DNA of 64,000 nt from Cyanophora paradoxa CCMP329 (taxonomy: Eukaryota; Plantae; Glaucophyta). This document shows, one piece after another, positions 46,712 through 59,961 of this stretch (position 1 is the first letter of the stretch; the number at the start of each line of letters is the position of its first letter). A model generated the notes under the pieces. It was not told the DNA's origin. It was given only the letters and a program-made list of their open reading frames with translations, and did no database searches. The translations under genes were made by a program, and so were the position numbers. The stretch covers positions 1 through 64,000 of the forward strand of contig QPMI01000641.1 of the NCBI GenBank assembly GCA_004431415.1. The letters are read 5' to 3'.

Positions 46712-49700
46712 GCGGCGCGGTGGCGGTGGGCGGCGCCGGCGACGCGGCGGGCACCGTCTCTTTCAACGGCTGCATCTTCTCCGCGCGCCCCGCGCCCCTG
46801 GCTGGCCCCGCCCCCGCACACGCCACGCCTGACTCGCGCGCGCGCTCAGGCCAACGAGGCCACCCCTGGCCCCGGCTACGCGCGCGCCAGCCCGCGGTCC
46901 GCCAGCCCCGCCTCGCGATCGCGATCGTGACGGCCTCATAAGGAAAGGGCAGCGGGCTGCGGGGCGGGGCGGTGCTGGTGGCGGCGGCGGCGCAGCCGGT
47001 CTCGCTCAATGGGACCTTCTTCGGTCTCAACGCCGCCGACGAGGGAGGCGCCCTCTACCTCGCCCCGGGCGCCGCCGCCGCCGTCGCCGCCTGCCGCTTC
47101 GACGGGAGCGCCTACGGGGGCGCCCTCGCCGCCCATGACGCCGCCCTCACCGTCTCCGCCTCCGAGTTCGCCAACGGCTTCTTCACCTACGGCTCGAGCG
47201 GCGACGGCACCGGTGCGCTCGCTCGGGCCGGCTCGCGATCGGGCACCTACACCCAGCGTCCGCCGCAGGGGGCGGGGCCATCACCCTCAAGGGGCCCAAG
47301 GCGACCGCCACCGTCGAGAAGACCGCCTTCGTGCGTTGCCGCGCCTTGCGCTTTGATTTGCGGTCCGTGCACGTGAGGCCGATCCGACGGCGATCGGCCG
47401 CAGGTGAACAACACGGCGAGCGTGGGCGGGGCGGTGCTGGTCGCCGGCGGCGCCTCCGCCGCCTTCGACACCTGCTCCTTCCGCGGTGCGCCCCACTTGA
47501 TCATGAGCTTGCTGGCCCCAGTCGCCGGCCACGGAACAAACAGAGGCGGGCGGGCGCCGCGCGCGCGCAGGGAACCTGGCGTCTGATGCCGGCGGGGCGG
47601 TCGCTCTCGGCCTCGCCGGCGACTCCCCCGGAGACGCCGCCTTCACCCGCTGCCAGTTCGCGGCGCGCCCCGGGCCCCGCCCCGCCCGGCCCGGCCTCGC
47701 CCTATCCCCGCCCGGCTGGCGGCGCGGCAGCTAATCTTGAGGGCGGTGGCGGGCGTGCGCAGGGGAATGCAGTGGACCGGAGCGTCCTCGAGAACGCGAC
47801 GGCCGCGAGCGCGGAGAGCGTCGGGGGTGGGCGCCCCCGGCCGGGTCGCACCCAGCGGCCACGTGCACGGGCAGCTCCTCACGGCGGGCCGCCGCGCGCG
47901 CAGGGCCGTGGCGGTGCTCCGCGCGACGAAGACCGTCCGCATCGGCTCCTGCACGTGCGCCCCGGCCCGCTCGCGACTGCACCGTTGGCCATATGCATGG
48001 CGAGCAAGCGAGCTGCGGGGCATGCGCAGGTTCACGGGCAACCGGGCGGCGCTGGGCGGGGCGCTCTTCGCGACGGCGGCGGACGCGGCGGAGGGCGACG
48101 CGGCGGTCGAGGTGGAGGTGGCGGGGTCGGCATTCGCCGGCAACGCCGCCGGCCTGGCGGCCAACGCCGGCTCCGAGGCGGAGGCGGCGCAGGTCGGGGG
48201 CGCCTCCTCGCCTCGGGCCGCGTCGCCCTCGCCCTCGACGGCGGCACCGTCCTGCAGGGCAACCTCGCCCGCGGCCTCGCCGGCGGCGCCCTCGCCCTCG
48301 TCGACGGCGCCCGCGCCGCCCTCCGCGGGCCCTCCATCTTCGGTCCGCTCCGGATCCGCCGCCCCCGCGCCTCGGGCCGGGCCCGGCCACGGCCCGCCGT
48401 CGGGCCGCTCGAACGGCCCCACGGCGTTGCAGTTGACGTGGGGGCCGGGCCTGGGGGCAGGCAACTCGGTGACGGGCGCGCTGGGGCAGGGGGCGGCATC
48501 TTCTGCGCCAACGCCAGCATCGCCGCCGACAGCCGCTACTCGGCGCGCCCGCGCCCCAACGTCACCCTCGCCGCGGCAGCCCCTCACGCGCGCGCCGGCC
48601 GCGGCGGCGCAGGTCTCCTCGAACTACGCGCCTGGGGTCTTCAAGAACGTCTTCCTCGCCGGCTCCTGCAACGACTCGGCCGCCGGCGCCGGCGCCGGCG
48701 CCCCCGCGCCGCCGCCGCCCCTGCGGGGCGTGCGCCGCCTGCCAGCTTTGCTCGGCCGACGGGCCCGGCGGCTGCGTCTTCCCCGCCGACGTCGCCTCCT
48801 GGTGCGCCCTCATCGGAGGCTGCTCCCCGCTCACCTGTGCGCACCCGGCCCGCCCGGCCTCCCGCGCGCACAAGCCCCCGCCCCCGCCGATCGCGAGGCG
48901 GCGCCCTCGCTCGAGCTCGGCAGGCCCGTTCGTGGTGGTCGGGTCGGCTGCCTTCGACGAGGCGGATCGCTTCCGGGCGCTCTCGGTGCAGCTCCGGGTC
49001 CCGTTCCGCCCGCCCGGCCTCGACCCCGCCGCCCTCGCTCCGGGCCGCGCCCTCCCCTGCTCCGCCCTCTTCGACGCCCCGACCGTCGCCTCTTTTGGGC
49101 CCGGTCCGCCACGAGGGCCTCAAATTTTACCGTTACGGCTGCACATGCCCAGTGCCCTGATCATGACCGCGCATTGCGCAGGGGCGGTTTGCGTGACGGC
49201 GGGTGGCCGGCGGCGGGCGCTGGGCGGGGCGAGCAACGTGAGCGCTGGCGGGGCGGGGGAGCCCATGATCACCTTACGCTTGCGCGTCCTCCTCGGCCCG
49301 AATGCGACCGTCTCGCCCGGTGCGCCCCGGCCCCGCCCGGGAGGGGACGGGAGGCGCGCGGCGGCTCAGCGTCGGGGCGCGTGGATGCGCAGGGGCGCCG
49401 CTCGGGGTGCGGGCGGAGGGCCTCCTGCCGCCCCTTGCCAACCTCTCGTCCGTCGCCATCGTTCACCTCGCCCCGGCCTCCCTCAGCCCCGCCGCCGTCG
49501 CCGCCCAGGCCCGACCTCGCCCCGCCCCGCCCCGCCCGCCGAGCCGCCGTCTCGATCTGACCCGCGCTGCGCCTGGCCGGCCCCAGATCGCCGCCTTCTC
49601 GGCCGCCTGGTCCCCGGCGGCGGCCGCGGGTGCGGGCGGCGCCGGCTCCGCGGCCGCCCCCTCCGCCGGCCTCGGGGAGAGCACAGTTGCCGTGCGGCCG

Positions 49701-50183
49701 CCCTGCGTGCCAGCCGCTCTCGCGCCGATCGCGCGGCAGGGCATCGTGCTGGTGGTCGTCGGATCGGCGCTGGTGGCGGCGGCTGCGAGCCTTGGCGCCC
49801 TGCTCCTCCTTCGCGCCCGGCGCCCCACGGCGGGGCGCGTGGAGCACCTCGGAGGCTCTGACCGCGAGGCCCCCGCCCCCATCTACGCCATCTCCCCGGC
49901 CGCGGCCATCAGCCCAACGGCCGCCCCAGCGGCGGCGGCCGCCGCCGCGACGCCGCGCGAGGGCCCGCGCTCGCCCTCGCCCTCGACGCGCAGGAGACGC
50001 CCGCGCCGCCGGCGACTGCCGCCGGCTCCAGACCCGGTGGCGAGTGGCCCGCGGGCCCGCCACGGGTCGGAGAGGAGGCCCGCCGCGCAGGTCTGGATCC
50101 GGAGGCAGACCGGGGCGGGGAGCACCGCGTGCAGCCATTCCACGATGAGGACCATTGAATCTTTAAATCAGCCCAGGCCCTAG
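46712..50183 (+). CDS. 3' part of the interrupted host membrane-protein gene: Pmp-like (GGA..FxxN) beta-helix repeats, TM helix, cytoplasmic tail
   Basis: GGALYL..CRF, NNTASVGGAVLV..FDTCSF, FTGNRAALGGALF, FAGNAA; TM IVLVVVGSALVAAAASLGALLLL; stop TAG at 50181-50183. Confidence 0.7.
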
Positions 50184-50986
50184 GCCTGTATACTAGTACC
50201 TAGGCCCAGCTTGCCGGCTCCCACGGGTTCCACTGCACCCCAGGACTCACAGCCCAAACTAATATTCTAACGTTGATTGTGAATCTAAAAAGCGAGTCCC
50301 TGCGGAGCAGGAGTGGCCTTGGGATCTAGATCTTGGGTCTGTAAGGCGTGAAGGTGGCCGCTCGAGCTTTGTCTTTAAATGTGGGCCCCCATCATGGCAT
50401 GCATATGCCAGCCTCGGGCCGTGTATATCGCGTTTGCGTTTAGTTAGGCACCGCAATATTAATGTATTCCGCGCCGGCGGCGCCGCGCCGGTTGTTGCTG
50501 GGCCCATCGATATCATCGATACCTGTGGTCGTTCACGATCACGCGCTAGCATCCGATCACGCGCTACTTATACCACGGAATAGCTAGGTCTGGAATCTGG
50601 ATTCACGGGACGCCGCCGATCGCGAGTCGGCCCAGAGTCGGCGGCGACGGCGGCCGACGCGGCGATGTCTGCGGCGGTCGACGTCTGCCGTTACACTGAT
50701 ACAGTGCCGCAGACTGGCCCGCAGTCGACGTCTCTCTCTAAAACGACCTCGGTGGCCACGTTGCTCGCCCCCGCCTCCGCGTCGTCTTGTTGTTCCTCTT
50801 ACTTGTCTGCTTCCTGTTATTTATCTTTCTCAAATTTGTCCTCCGCTTCTTAGTGATGTAATTCCTTCCGATATTGATGGTATCTCTAGCTCTGGCTCTT
50901 CTTCGTGTCAGTCATCCTCTGTCCCTAGATCTGCTCGATTTCTCGTCTCTTCTCGATCTGTCTCGAGCTCTGTGTCTTTTCTTTTT

Positions 50987-51282
50987 TATTGTCGATTTTG
51001 GCTCTTTGTCTTATCTTTCTTCGTGCTCTTGTCTTAGTTATTTTGCTTTTTTTGTCTTTATGCCCCCTGGGCAGCCCCCGCAGTGCTGGTGTCTAGAGAC
51101 TGTGGCCGGTAATTCACCAAAAATAAATAAATTCTATTGTCGATTTTGGCTCTTTGTCTTGTCTTTCTTCGTGCTCTTGTCTTAGACTCTTAGTTACTTT
51201 GTTTCTTTTGTCCCTGTGCCCCCTGGGCAGCCCCCGCAGTGCTGGTGTCTAGAGACTGTGGCCGGTAATTCACCAAAAAAAA
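50987..51282 (+). repeat. Tandem duplication (~140-150 bp unit) ending in GTGTCTAGAGACTGTGGCCGGTAATTCACC-A(n)
   Basis: Units start TATTGTCGATTTTGGCTCTTTGTCTT at 50987 and 51135; the terminal motif recurs inverted at 58436-58469. Confidence 0.8.
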
Positions 51283-51677
51283 TCGAAAAAGAGGAATCAT
51301 ATGCATGCGTCGGTGACTCGGTACCTACTTTTTTCAATCGTTAGTACTTGGTAGCGCACTCGGTACCAGTAGCCAGCGCTAGTAGCCTAATTTGAGCCTG
51401 CTTGGAGCGCTAGCCTAGCTATAGTAGCCTCGGAATCGGAATCTAGCATGGAGCACCAGGCTGCCACTAGCCTAGTAGTAGGCTAGTACTACCGTGGTAG
51501 GCTAGTAGCCTCGGAGCTGCCGCCACACTGCCGCCACAGGCCCACAGCTCCTATCTAGCCTAGTACTAGTAGGTGACACGCTTAAGCTTACGGTCGCACG
51601 GGCCCCGGGGTGAGGCGCTGGTGCCGCAGTGGTGCGACGGCGGCACTACTACCGCGCTAGCATCCGATCACGCGCTA

Positions 51678-51926
51678 CTGTAAACGTAGGAATCTTCGAC
51701 AGCGTCTTTATTTCGTCTATATTCGTCAGCCCTGCACTTTGACGAATATTTGATACTCTTGAACGGAAAGTTTGTATGGAGAGGGGTACTAACGGCTGAC
51801 CCTTCTATGGCGGAGTCGCGGGGCTGACGAAAATTTGATGCTGTCGAACCATATTTTCGTCACGATTTTCGGGTTTTGTCGAAATTAAGTCTCGACGAAC
51901 ATTTCTATATATAGCTACGTTTACAG
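51678..51926. mobile_element. 249-bp Tc1/mariner-type MITE with TA TSD
   Basis: TA|CTGTAAACGTAG ... CTACGTTTACAG|TA; internal TTTCGTC/GACGAA motifs; a paralogous flank without the MITE lies at 50542-50615. Confidence 0.8.
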
Positions 51927-52059
51927 TACCGCGGAATAGCTAGGTCTGGCCCAGCTGCAGGCTGGATTCACGGGACGCCGGGGAAGTTGCTTTAGCCGCG
52001 CGCTGCAGCTGAGGTAGTGGAGCATCGAATCCGCACCTGCGCCGGTCGCCCTGGGCAGC

Positions 52060-55000
52060 ATGCAATCGCAAGGCGACAGGAATCCCCTTCAGCACCTCGG
52101 CGGCAGCCCGCCCGTCGCCGTGGGGCCGGAGCACTTCAGCCAGGGCGAGCCGCAGCCGCAGCCGCAGTTCACGGTGGACCTCGGCCTCTACGGAAATGAC
52201 GCGCGCGGAGACGACTCGGCGGCGTACTACGCGAGCCTCCCGGAAGACGAGAGGGCGGTGCGCGCGCGCCCGTTCGCCCGTTGAATCTGCGTTAAAGAGG
52301 GCTGTTGGAGTGTACATATGCGTTCTAGACGCCGCCGCGTGTACCGCAACATGAATGGAGACTCAGTAAATTCGCTCTAACCAAGTGTCCTGGGCACTGC
52401 GGCAGGCGTTTCTCGTGGAGCATGAGATGACCAAGCGTGCGTGTTGGGACTCTTTTTCACGTCACTATCAACACTATATATATATCATAGTATAGATATA
52501 GCTACCGTAGTACGTATACGCGAGCTGAAAGGATGCGTTGCGCGCCCGCCCGCAGCTGCCACCGACAGAGGCCAGTGCGAGGTGCCGCAGGACGGCTTCC
52601 ACGTGAAGCAGGTGGACTTCGTGCGGCCCTTCAAGGTCATCGGAGAGATCCAGAAGCCCGGAGAGCTCAAGGTCACCGGCGAGGCCAAATACACGGCCGA
52701 AGCCGAGCGCTCCGGTGCGTGCGCCGCCGGAGAGGCGAAATTCCCGCGCGGGCGCCAGTGCATCAGGACTGATTGCGTGCCCCTTCGCGCAGGCACGTGG
52801 AAGTGCGCGACAGACCTGCAACCAGCACGCAATTAATTGGTTTGCCATTGACAGCCGCACAGGATCACTCAGCCTCACGAGCGAACGGGCGAGGACGAAA
52901 TATCCACTCCCGTGACCGAGTCCGGTGCGCATTGCAGTCAATATAAAATATCAATCTTGCCGGCGGCGTACACATCCGCCGCGGCTTACTCTATCTGCTT
53001 TATTTTATAATTATTGTATCAATACCACGCACCGGTACCGTCGCGCAGGACACCTGGAGACGAAGCAGCAGGTGAAGGTCGACAAGGTCGTCTATGGAGA
53101 GAAGCAGATCATCGAGGGCCAGGTCATCCCGGGGCAGCCCGGCGCCACCACCTGGGAGGTGCGTACCCCACCCCTGACCCAACCCACACCTCTCGATCCC
53201 CCTCCGGGCCTTCCCCTTCCCCGGCCCCGGCCCCCATCTTCCTCTTCCTGCTTGCCCTTGGGCCCCCTGGCCCTGGCCTCCCTTCCTTCCCTAGGCCTCC
53301 AAACTTCGCTCACGCCGCCGGGGGGTGGCGTGGGCGCAGTGGGACACCCAGGATTTCAAGCCGACAGGCCCCATGGTTGGCAAGTGCGGCACCGCGACCT
53401 GCGGGATGAAGGGTGTGTCGCTTCATTATATCTTGGACCATAGCTCATGATCACTGCCCATGCATCCTGAGCGCTGTGCAGATAAGGGGCCGAAGGAGTA
53501 CACCGAGCAGAAGACCTGCGCCAACCTCGTCATCGAGAACGTCGACCTGAAGGTCGACGCGCTTCAGGAGGTGGAGCACCAGGACTTTAAGCAGTACAAG
53601 CTCCACGTCGACGACAGCATCCCGCGCCTGGTGCGAGCAACAACATCGCCTCACGCGTCAATCCCTATTATAATTATGCGATTTCTGAACTCGATCCGGC
53701 ACACAGTGCCAGAACACGCTCCCGAAGGGCCTCCTGAAGGCAATGGCTGCCAAGAACATCGGCATCGAGTCGTTGTTCAAGGCGGACGTCAACTTCAACG
53801 TCGTCAAGACTGAGGACATCACGGCCTGCGAGGTCCAGACCGTCGCCAAGCAGGTCCGTCCGGGAACCGGGCTCCGCTTTGAAAAATTTCTAGAGCTGTT
53901 TCTAGATCTGAATCCATTGCATTGCAGGACTTCGAGCTGACGTACGACGAGAAGCACACTCTGAATTGGAAGCAGCCGATCTCCAAGGAGTGCACCAAGG
54001 AGTGGACCCAGAACGGTATCGAGTACGGCAAGGGCACGTACGAGCAGACTGACCAAGCGGAAATTGTCGGCTACTAGTGCGCATGAGTTGCTTTAAGCTT
54101 GCGCATGCAGCGTTTCAATTCCGGAGCCGACGCCAACGCAATAATCAATATTAATAAAGTCTAGTTATGACTCCCGATCCGCTAACCCCGCTGAGCATCG
54201 CAGCATCCAGCCCGGTGCCGAACTCGGCCAGATCAACAGTGCGCATTTTGCTTTTCAAAACTGCAATGTCCATATGCATTCGACCGCGAGGTGGATGCAA
54301 ACCTCACATCTCGGCAGCGTACATCCGGCAGTTCAACGAGCGCCGCGTCACGGGAGAGGAGACGACGAAGCAGCTCCCGGACACGAAGGAGACGCCGGTA
54401 GGAGATGCGAAGTACGTGGTGGAGAAGACCAACGACTGGCATCGCGCCGGAGACGTACGCTCTCAGAAAATCACGTGCGCAAGCGCTAGCGTATGCGTGC
54501 TGCCGGCGCCACCAGCGCCGCATCCGCTGTCATGTTTGCGCTCGAGCTTCTGCTTCTTATTATATTTATATATATGGCGGCACAGGTTCCACGAGGAGTA
54601 CAACTCGAAGGCCGAGACTATGTACACGCCGACGGGCATCATCGAGCTGTGTGCTCATTTCACCTGCCCGTCCAAGCATATCCATATATACGCATGCGAT
54701 ACCGCCTTTAATTTCATGTTCACCGCTGCTGGGGCGTCTGCTTCATATCGCTGGGAGTAACAAGCACTGCGCAGGGACGTCAAGTACAAGTCGGTCTTCC
54801 AGAAGTGCCCGCTGCTGCGGGTCTCGCAGAACAACGCCTGCAAGCTCACCGACGAGCAAAAGGCGGCCTTCAAGGGCCACCTCGCGAGCAACGAGATCCA
54901 GTGCGTCGACAAGGTGTGTAGCTTCAACTTCTGGTTTCAAAAGCTATGCTCGCGTGCGAAATTGACCGCTCCGTCCTGAGCAGGCCACCAATGTGCTCGT

Positions 55001-58000
55001 CCCGGGCAAGTGCGCCATCGGGCCGAGCGGCAAGTACGAGCCCGCGGACCGCGGTGCGAGCTCAAACGCAGTAGCACGATTTGCGATTGCTGCCCTGCAG
55101 CTGCCAACAAGAGCTTTGCAGAGAACGGAGTGAACTATAAATGGGAGGCGGAGGCTGACCCGACGGACACGAGCCCTGAGGGCGTCTTGGCGACCCTCAA
55201 AGAGCGCTTTGAGAATGCCGTTGTCGAGGCAAGCGACAATGCCTGCAATATCACTATTAATGGAAGCAGTGGTCTAGATCTGCAGCTCACTGATACCCCG
55301 GCAACCCGCCGCAGATGCTCGAGCGGAAGCAGCACTGGCAGGAGATTGATCGGGCGATCTCGCGCGTGCAGAGCGAGGCGTCCAAGGTCAGCCAGCAGAT
55401 CCAGAGCGAGCAGCAGAAGCCGGATCCGGAGGAGCCCACCTCCGACACGATGGGTCGGCTGCTGGACAGGCAGATCTCCCTGGCCGACCGCATCGCGAAG
55501 CTGGAGACGGCGCGGGACGAAGCCAAGCGGATGGCAGAGAAGTCGGAGGCGGAGGTGCAGGAGGTCGAGCAGCTCGTCGCGGGCCGCGCGGCGGAGCTGG
55601 GCATGGCCTTCGAGGAGGCCCAGCGGGTTATGTCGGAGGCGGAGGAGGCGATCCGCGCCAAGTACGAGGGCATCCAGAGGGAGGTCGAGCGGGACGAGCA
55701 GGCGGCGGAGGCGGCGGCCCGCGACAAGGGCGAGAAGGTGGAGGACGACTGCAACGACCTCGGCACGCCGGTGACGTAAGTCGCGATGCGCAGCCATCCG
55801 ATCTTTGAATCTGCAGCTGCGCCAACTTTAACGGATCTGTTTGGTATTGCAGCCGGGACGTTAAGTTTGGAAAGTGCGTGTGAATGCAGGCTCCTGTTGA
55901 CATCCAGCCGCGCACCGCGACCGAATCGCCGACTAACGCTTTATGTTAAATATTTATCCCCTCCAATCTCATGCGCAGTTGCTACGGCGCGAGGCCGACA
56001 AACGATTGCTTCACGTGCGCGCATATCACCCCACCCCGATTTCGAATTCGAAATTCGCAATCGTCCCGTTCCTTTTCCTGACTGGCTACCGACCGCAATC
56101 AGTTGTGAGGATGTTGTGAAGGCACACGAGTATCTGGTGCATACACGTGCGAGTATATGTAGTGTCCGAAACACAACACTAAGCTGACGCCGTGGGCTTC
56201 GTGTGCACGAAACAACAGGAGTGGCCCTACAGGAAGAGTGATTTTGAGCAGTGCAAGGGCCAAAGCGACGACGACGAGCGCAACTCGTGAGTATTTACGT
56301 AGTGCAAGACTTCGAATTTTAAATTTGTTTCATTGTCGATTGCGAATTCTCAAAGATACAGCAATCGCGATTAAATATATAACTTTTAATTAAATGCAGC
56401 GGCAGTAATGTTAGTGGCGAGGATGATGGGAATGAGACCTATTTCAGGGAGCCTCAAGAAGACGGGTAGGTCGCGCGATCCGTTTGATGCATTCGCACGA
56501 ACATGAGCCCAGCTGACCGATCGCGAATCCGATTTACAGCCAGTCGACGTTCGACGATGGGCAGTTCTCGTACGCTTGAAAGCTGCTTTTTTGCTTGAAG
56601 CGAAAGCTATTTCGACACTCACAATATCATGACACTTGCGGTCGCAGGTGCTACGGCGCCAGGGAGACCAACGATTGTTATACGTGCGCCACTCTAGATC
56701 TCGGTGTCACACCGTGGCACGAGGCCCATTTAGATCGATATCGATATCTTATAAATTCATGACGCACTTGGCGCTGCGCGCGCGTCATAACCATTTCGGT
56801 GTGCTTGCATCTAACTTATAATTATCCCCCTCAGCTGTGAGGATGTTGTAAAGGCCTACCTGAGCGCTGTGCGTTGCGTTGCGCATGAAAATTAATGAGC
56901 TGCTCGCGTGCACCAGTATATAATTAATTGCAATCACACATACCAAAATAACCCTCTTTTCTCCGGATCCCTTTTCACAACTACAGGGATGGCCCTACGA
57001 CAAGGATAACTTCGCTCAGTGCAGCGAGGGCCGCAGCAACAGCACGTCCATCACAAATGGCGAGAGCTCGAGCTCGGGCGTGCCCAGCAATACGAACACC
57101 GTGACGATCGACATCAGCAACGTCGACACCAGTATCCCCGACACCACGTCCATCAGCAATGGCGAGAGCTCGAGCTCGGGCAACGTGCCCAGCAATACCA
57201 ACACCGTGACGATCGATACCACCAACGTCGACATCGACACCAGCATCCCCGACACCACGTCCATCACAAATGGCGAGAGCTCGGGCAACGTGCCCAGCAA
57301 TACTGATCTTGACGTCCTTCCCCCTCTGCCGGCGGTGCCACCCCCAAAGCCCGGCGTGCTGCCGAAGTCCACGGATGAACTCTTCACCATCCAGGTGCTT
57401 CTTTTCTCATGATCATGATCACTAAATAATAATACGCCTTGTCATTTATTATGAGTTTATAATTACGCGTAAGCCTGTCATACTGAACCGCAGAACAAAG
57501 ACGGAGGCTGCATGCTATTCGCAAAGAACAACGCAGATGGCAATTGGCAGGTGGTCAGCGAGCAGTGCGACCCCAAAGACCGTGAGCCACATGGATTACA
57601 AATACATGCGCTCTGAAATGTTTTATTATGCTCTCACATATATATACTCGAGTTCGCTCACGCACGTGCTTGCGCATGCGCAGCGGATCTCAATCCCAAA
57701 TACCTGTGGTCCTACAACCTCCTTCTAGGCGCCGACGGCGCGAAGCTGGAGGCGCAGGGCTGGCACGGCCTTAACAACCTCAACCGCGTGCCTGACTTGC
57801 TCGGCTTTTCGAATGGCGCCGACACCCAGTGGCAGTCAGGCGAGATGATCCGCGGATGGACCCAGCAGTCAAACGACCCCGATGCGCGCATCAAGTAAGC
57901 ATCCCATATATTATTGGCGCTAGTGCTCTCATTGCCTGTGCCGATATAATCGACATGTCTGCAGGTGGGAGCCTGTTGAAGCCACTGAGTCGAAATTTAC

Positions 58001-59465
58001 GAAACCCGTCACGGATGGCGGCGTTGTTGTGCGGGTCAACACAGTGGGCGTCAGCGGCAAGCCGGGGTATTGGACGATGGGTCCAAGGCATGCGACAGTA
58101 AATAATTTGCCGAACCCCGGGACCACCAATTATGATCAGCTCTTCACTGTCGCGCTGCACGAGGAAAGAACCGTGCACCCTGTCAAGGGCGACAAGTTCA
58201 CCATTCAACTGGTCCGCCACCGGCCGCGCCGCGGCGCCGTACAGCTAGCTATAGCATCGCCTGGGAACCGCAGACAGTGCATGACTGACTGCGCGCTGCT
58301 TCGCAGAACGATACCAAGGACTGCCTCTTCTTCAAGGACACTGGAAGCTGGGGCATCTGGGACCTCCGCACCGCGCCTTGCAACCCGAATGACCGTGAGC
58401 ACTAATATTAATATTATATTTAGTACTACTTTTTGTTTTGGTGAATTACCGGCCACAGTCTCTAGACACGCTACGTTGTACTTCGAATCCCTGTGATTCC
58501 CGATACCGTGACTTGTATCCTCGTTGTGTACTACGAGTGGGCACGCCCACCGTAGATCTTTAAAAAAAAAAATAGACACCAGTACCTGCGGGTACTACTT
58601 CGTCTGCAGCGTTAGCGGGCGAAAAAAACATAATAGCTGGCGCAGCCGCGCGCGCATGTTGTCCCCCGGGCCCTCTGGTCAGCTCTGACCCGTTGTGCAT
58701 GCGCAGCTAAGCTCGACCCGAAATTCTTGTGGTCCTATGACGCGCTTCCCGGCACCAAGGGGGCGGAGCTCGAGGCGCAGGGATGGCACGGCCTCGCCAA
58801 CCAGAGCCGCTTCCCGGACCTGGCGGGCGACTATTCGCCTGGCAATTACGAGCAGTGGGCCAACAAAAGCAAGCTCTTGGGGCATACGACGCAGACGGCC
58901 GATCCCGACATGCGCGTGAAGTGAGCCCACTGGCCTCGATCGCGCTTCCGGCTTCCGCCGGATTAATTATATATAAGATATTTGTGAGCGACGAACGGGT
59001 TAACGTCCTCGCAGGTTCTACAAAGCACCGGACTCCGAGCAGCCAGTCGTAGATGGCGGTGTCGCTGTCCGGATTGGCACAGCGTATGTCAGCAACCTTC
59101 CGGGCTTCTGGAGCTTCGACGAGTCCAACCGCAACGTTGGGGTGGCGCACTGGTCGGCTGCGAAAACGAACCAGATCTTCACCGTCAAGGACTACGCCCC
59201 CGCGTCCACCGCGCCGCTTCCCCATCTCGACGCCGACTCGCAGGCCGCCGATGAAGATCTGCTCGCCGCCGTGCGCATGCGCGCCCCCGCAACGCCTTCG
59301 ATACGCAACCTTAGCAGCAGGCTAGGGCTAGAGCGTCGAAGTCCGTCGGGCCCTGACGGTTTTCGCCCGCAGGCGGAGGAGGAGGAGGCGGATCCGGAGG
59401 TGGAGGCCCAGGAAGCCGTTCTCTCCGAGGCCCCCGCAGCCGACGAGTGCCTCCCCATCGCCTAA
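52060..59465 (+). CDS. Large multi-exon host protein of unknown function (beta-rich region, coiled coil, internal repeats)
   Basis: Exon-like codon usage with GT/GC-AG introns; coiled coil at 55315-55779; duplicated CEDVVKA...WPY..F.QC modules and duplicated P..LWSY....GA.LEAQGWHGL.N..R.PDL modules. Start and gene unity uncertain. Confidence 0.5.
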
Positions 59466-59961
59466 TTTGTAATTACAACCTTCGAATTCAGGGAACTCGC
59501 CGAGTCGTGATCCCTGCACGATCGGCGAAAACGTGCACCGTGGCACGCAAATGCCATGTCGCTTGTTTTCTATGGCTTTGGATTTTCGCCTTCTAGATCT
59601 TAGGAACCAGTGTGAACTGTCTATACAAGAATTGCAAAATCAACTACTGGCCCGCGGCATCTGCCTCGCCGCTGGAATGTGAACTTTGGAGGAGGCGGCA
59701 CTCGAGATTCAAAAATAGACTCGCCCCCCCCCCCCCCCCTCCCAGCCTCCTCCGCCCCCCCCCCCCCCCCCCCCACCCCCCTCCCACCCTCTCTTCTCCG
59801 CCCCCTCTCTCCCCCGCCCGCACACACAACCGAGGATTCCTCAGCGGGGGCCCCCACGTGGTGGACTGCGGGGTCCCGGCGGCGTCCCCTCTCGTGAATT
59901 CGGGACGGGGCGGCCGTGGCGACAGGGCGAGGCGGCGGGGCCGGCGGCGGGGCGCTGGGGC

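Noticed and set aside
58490-58575. Hairpin CTACG(A)GTGGGC-AC-GCCCAC-CGTAG followed by ATCTTT and an A-tract, possibly another Helitron-like 3' end
   Set aside because: No matching 5' end or inverted repeat could be identified in the window.
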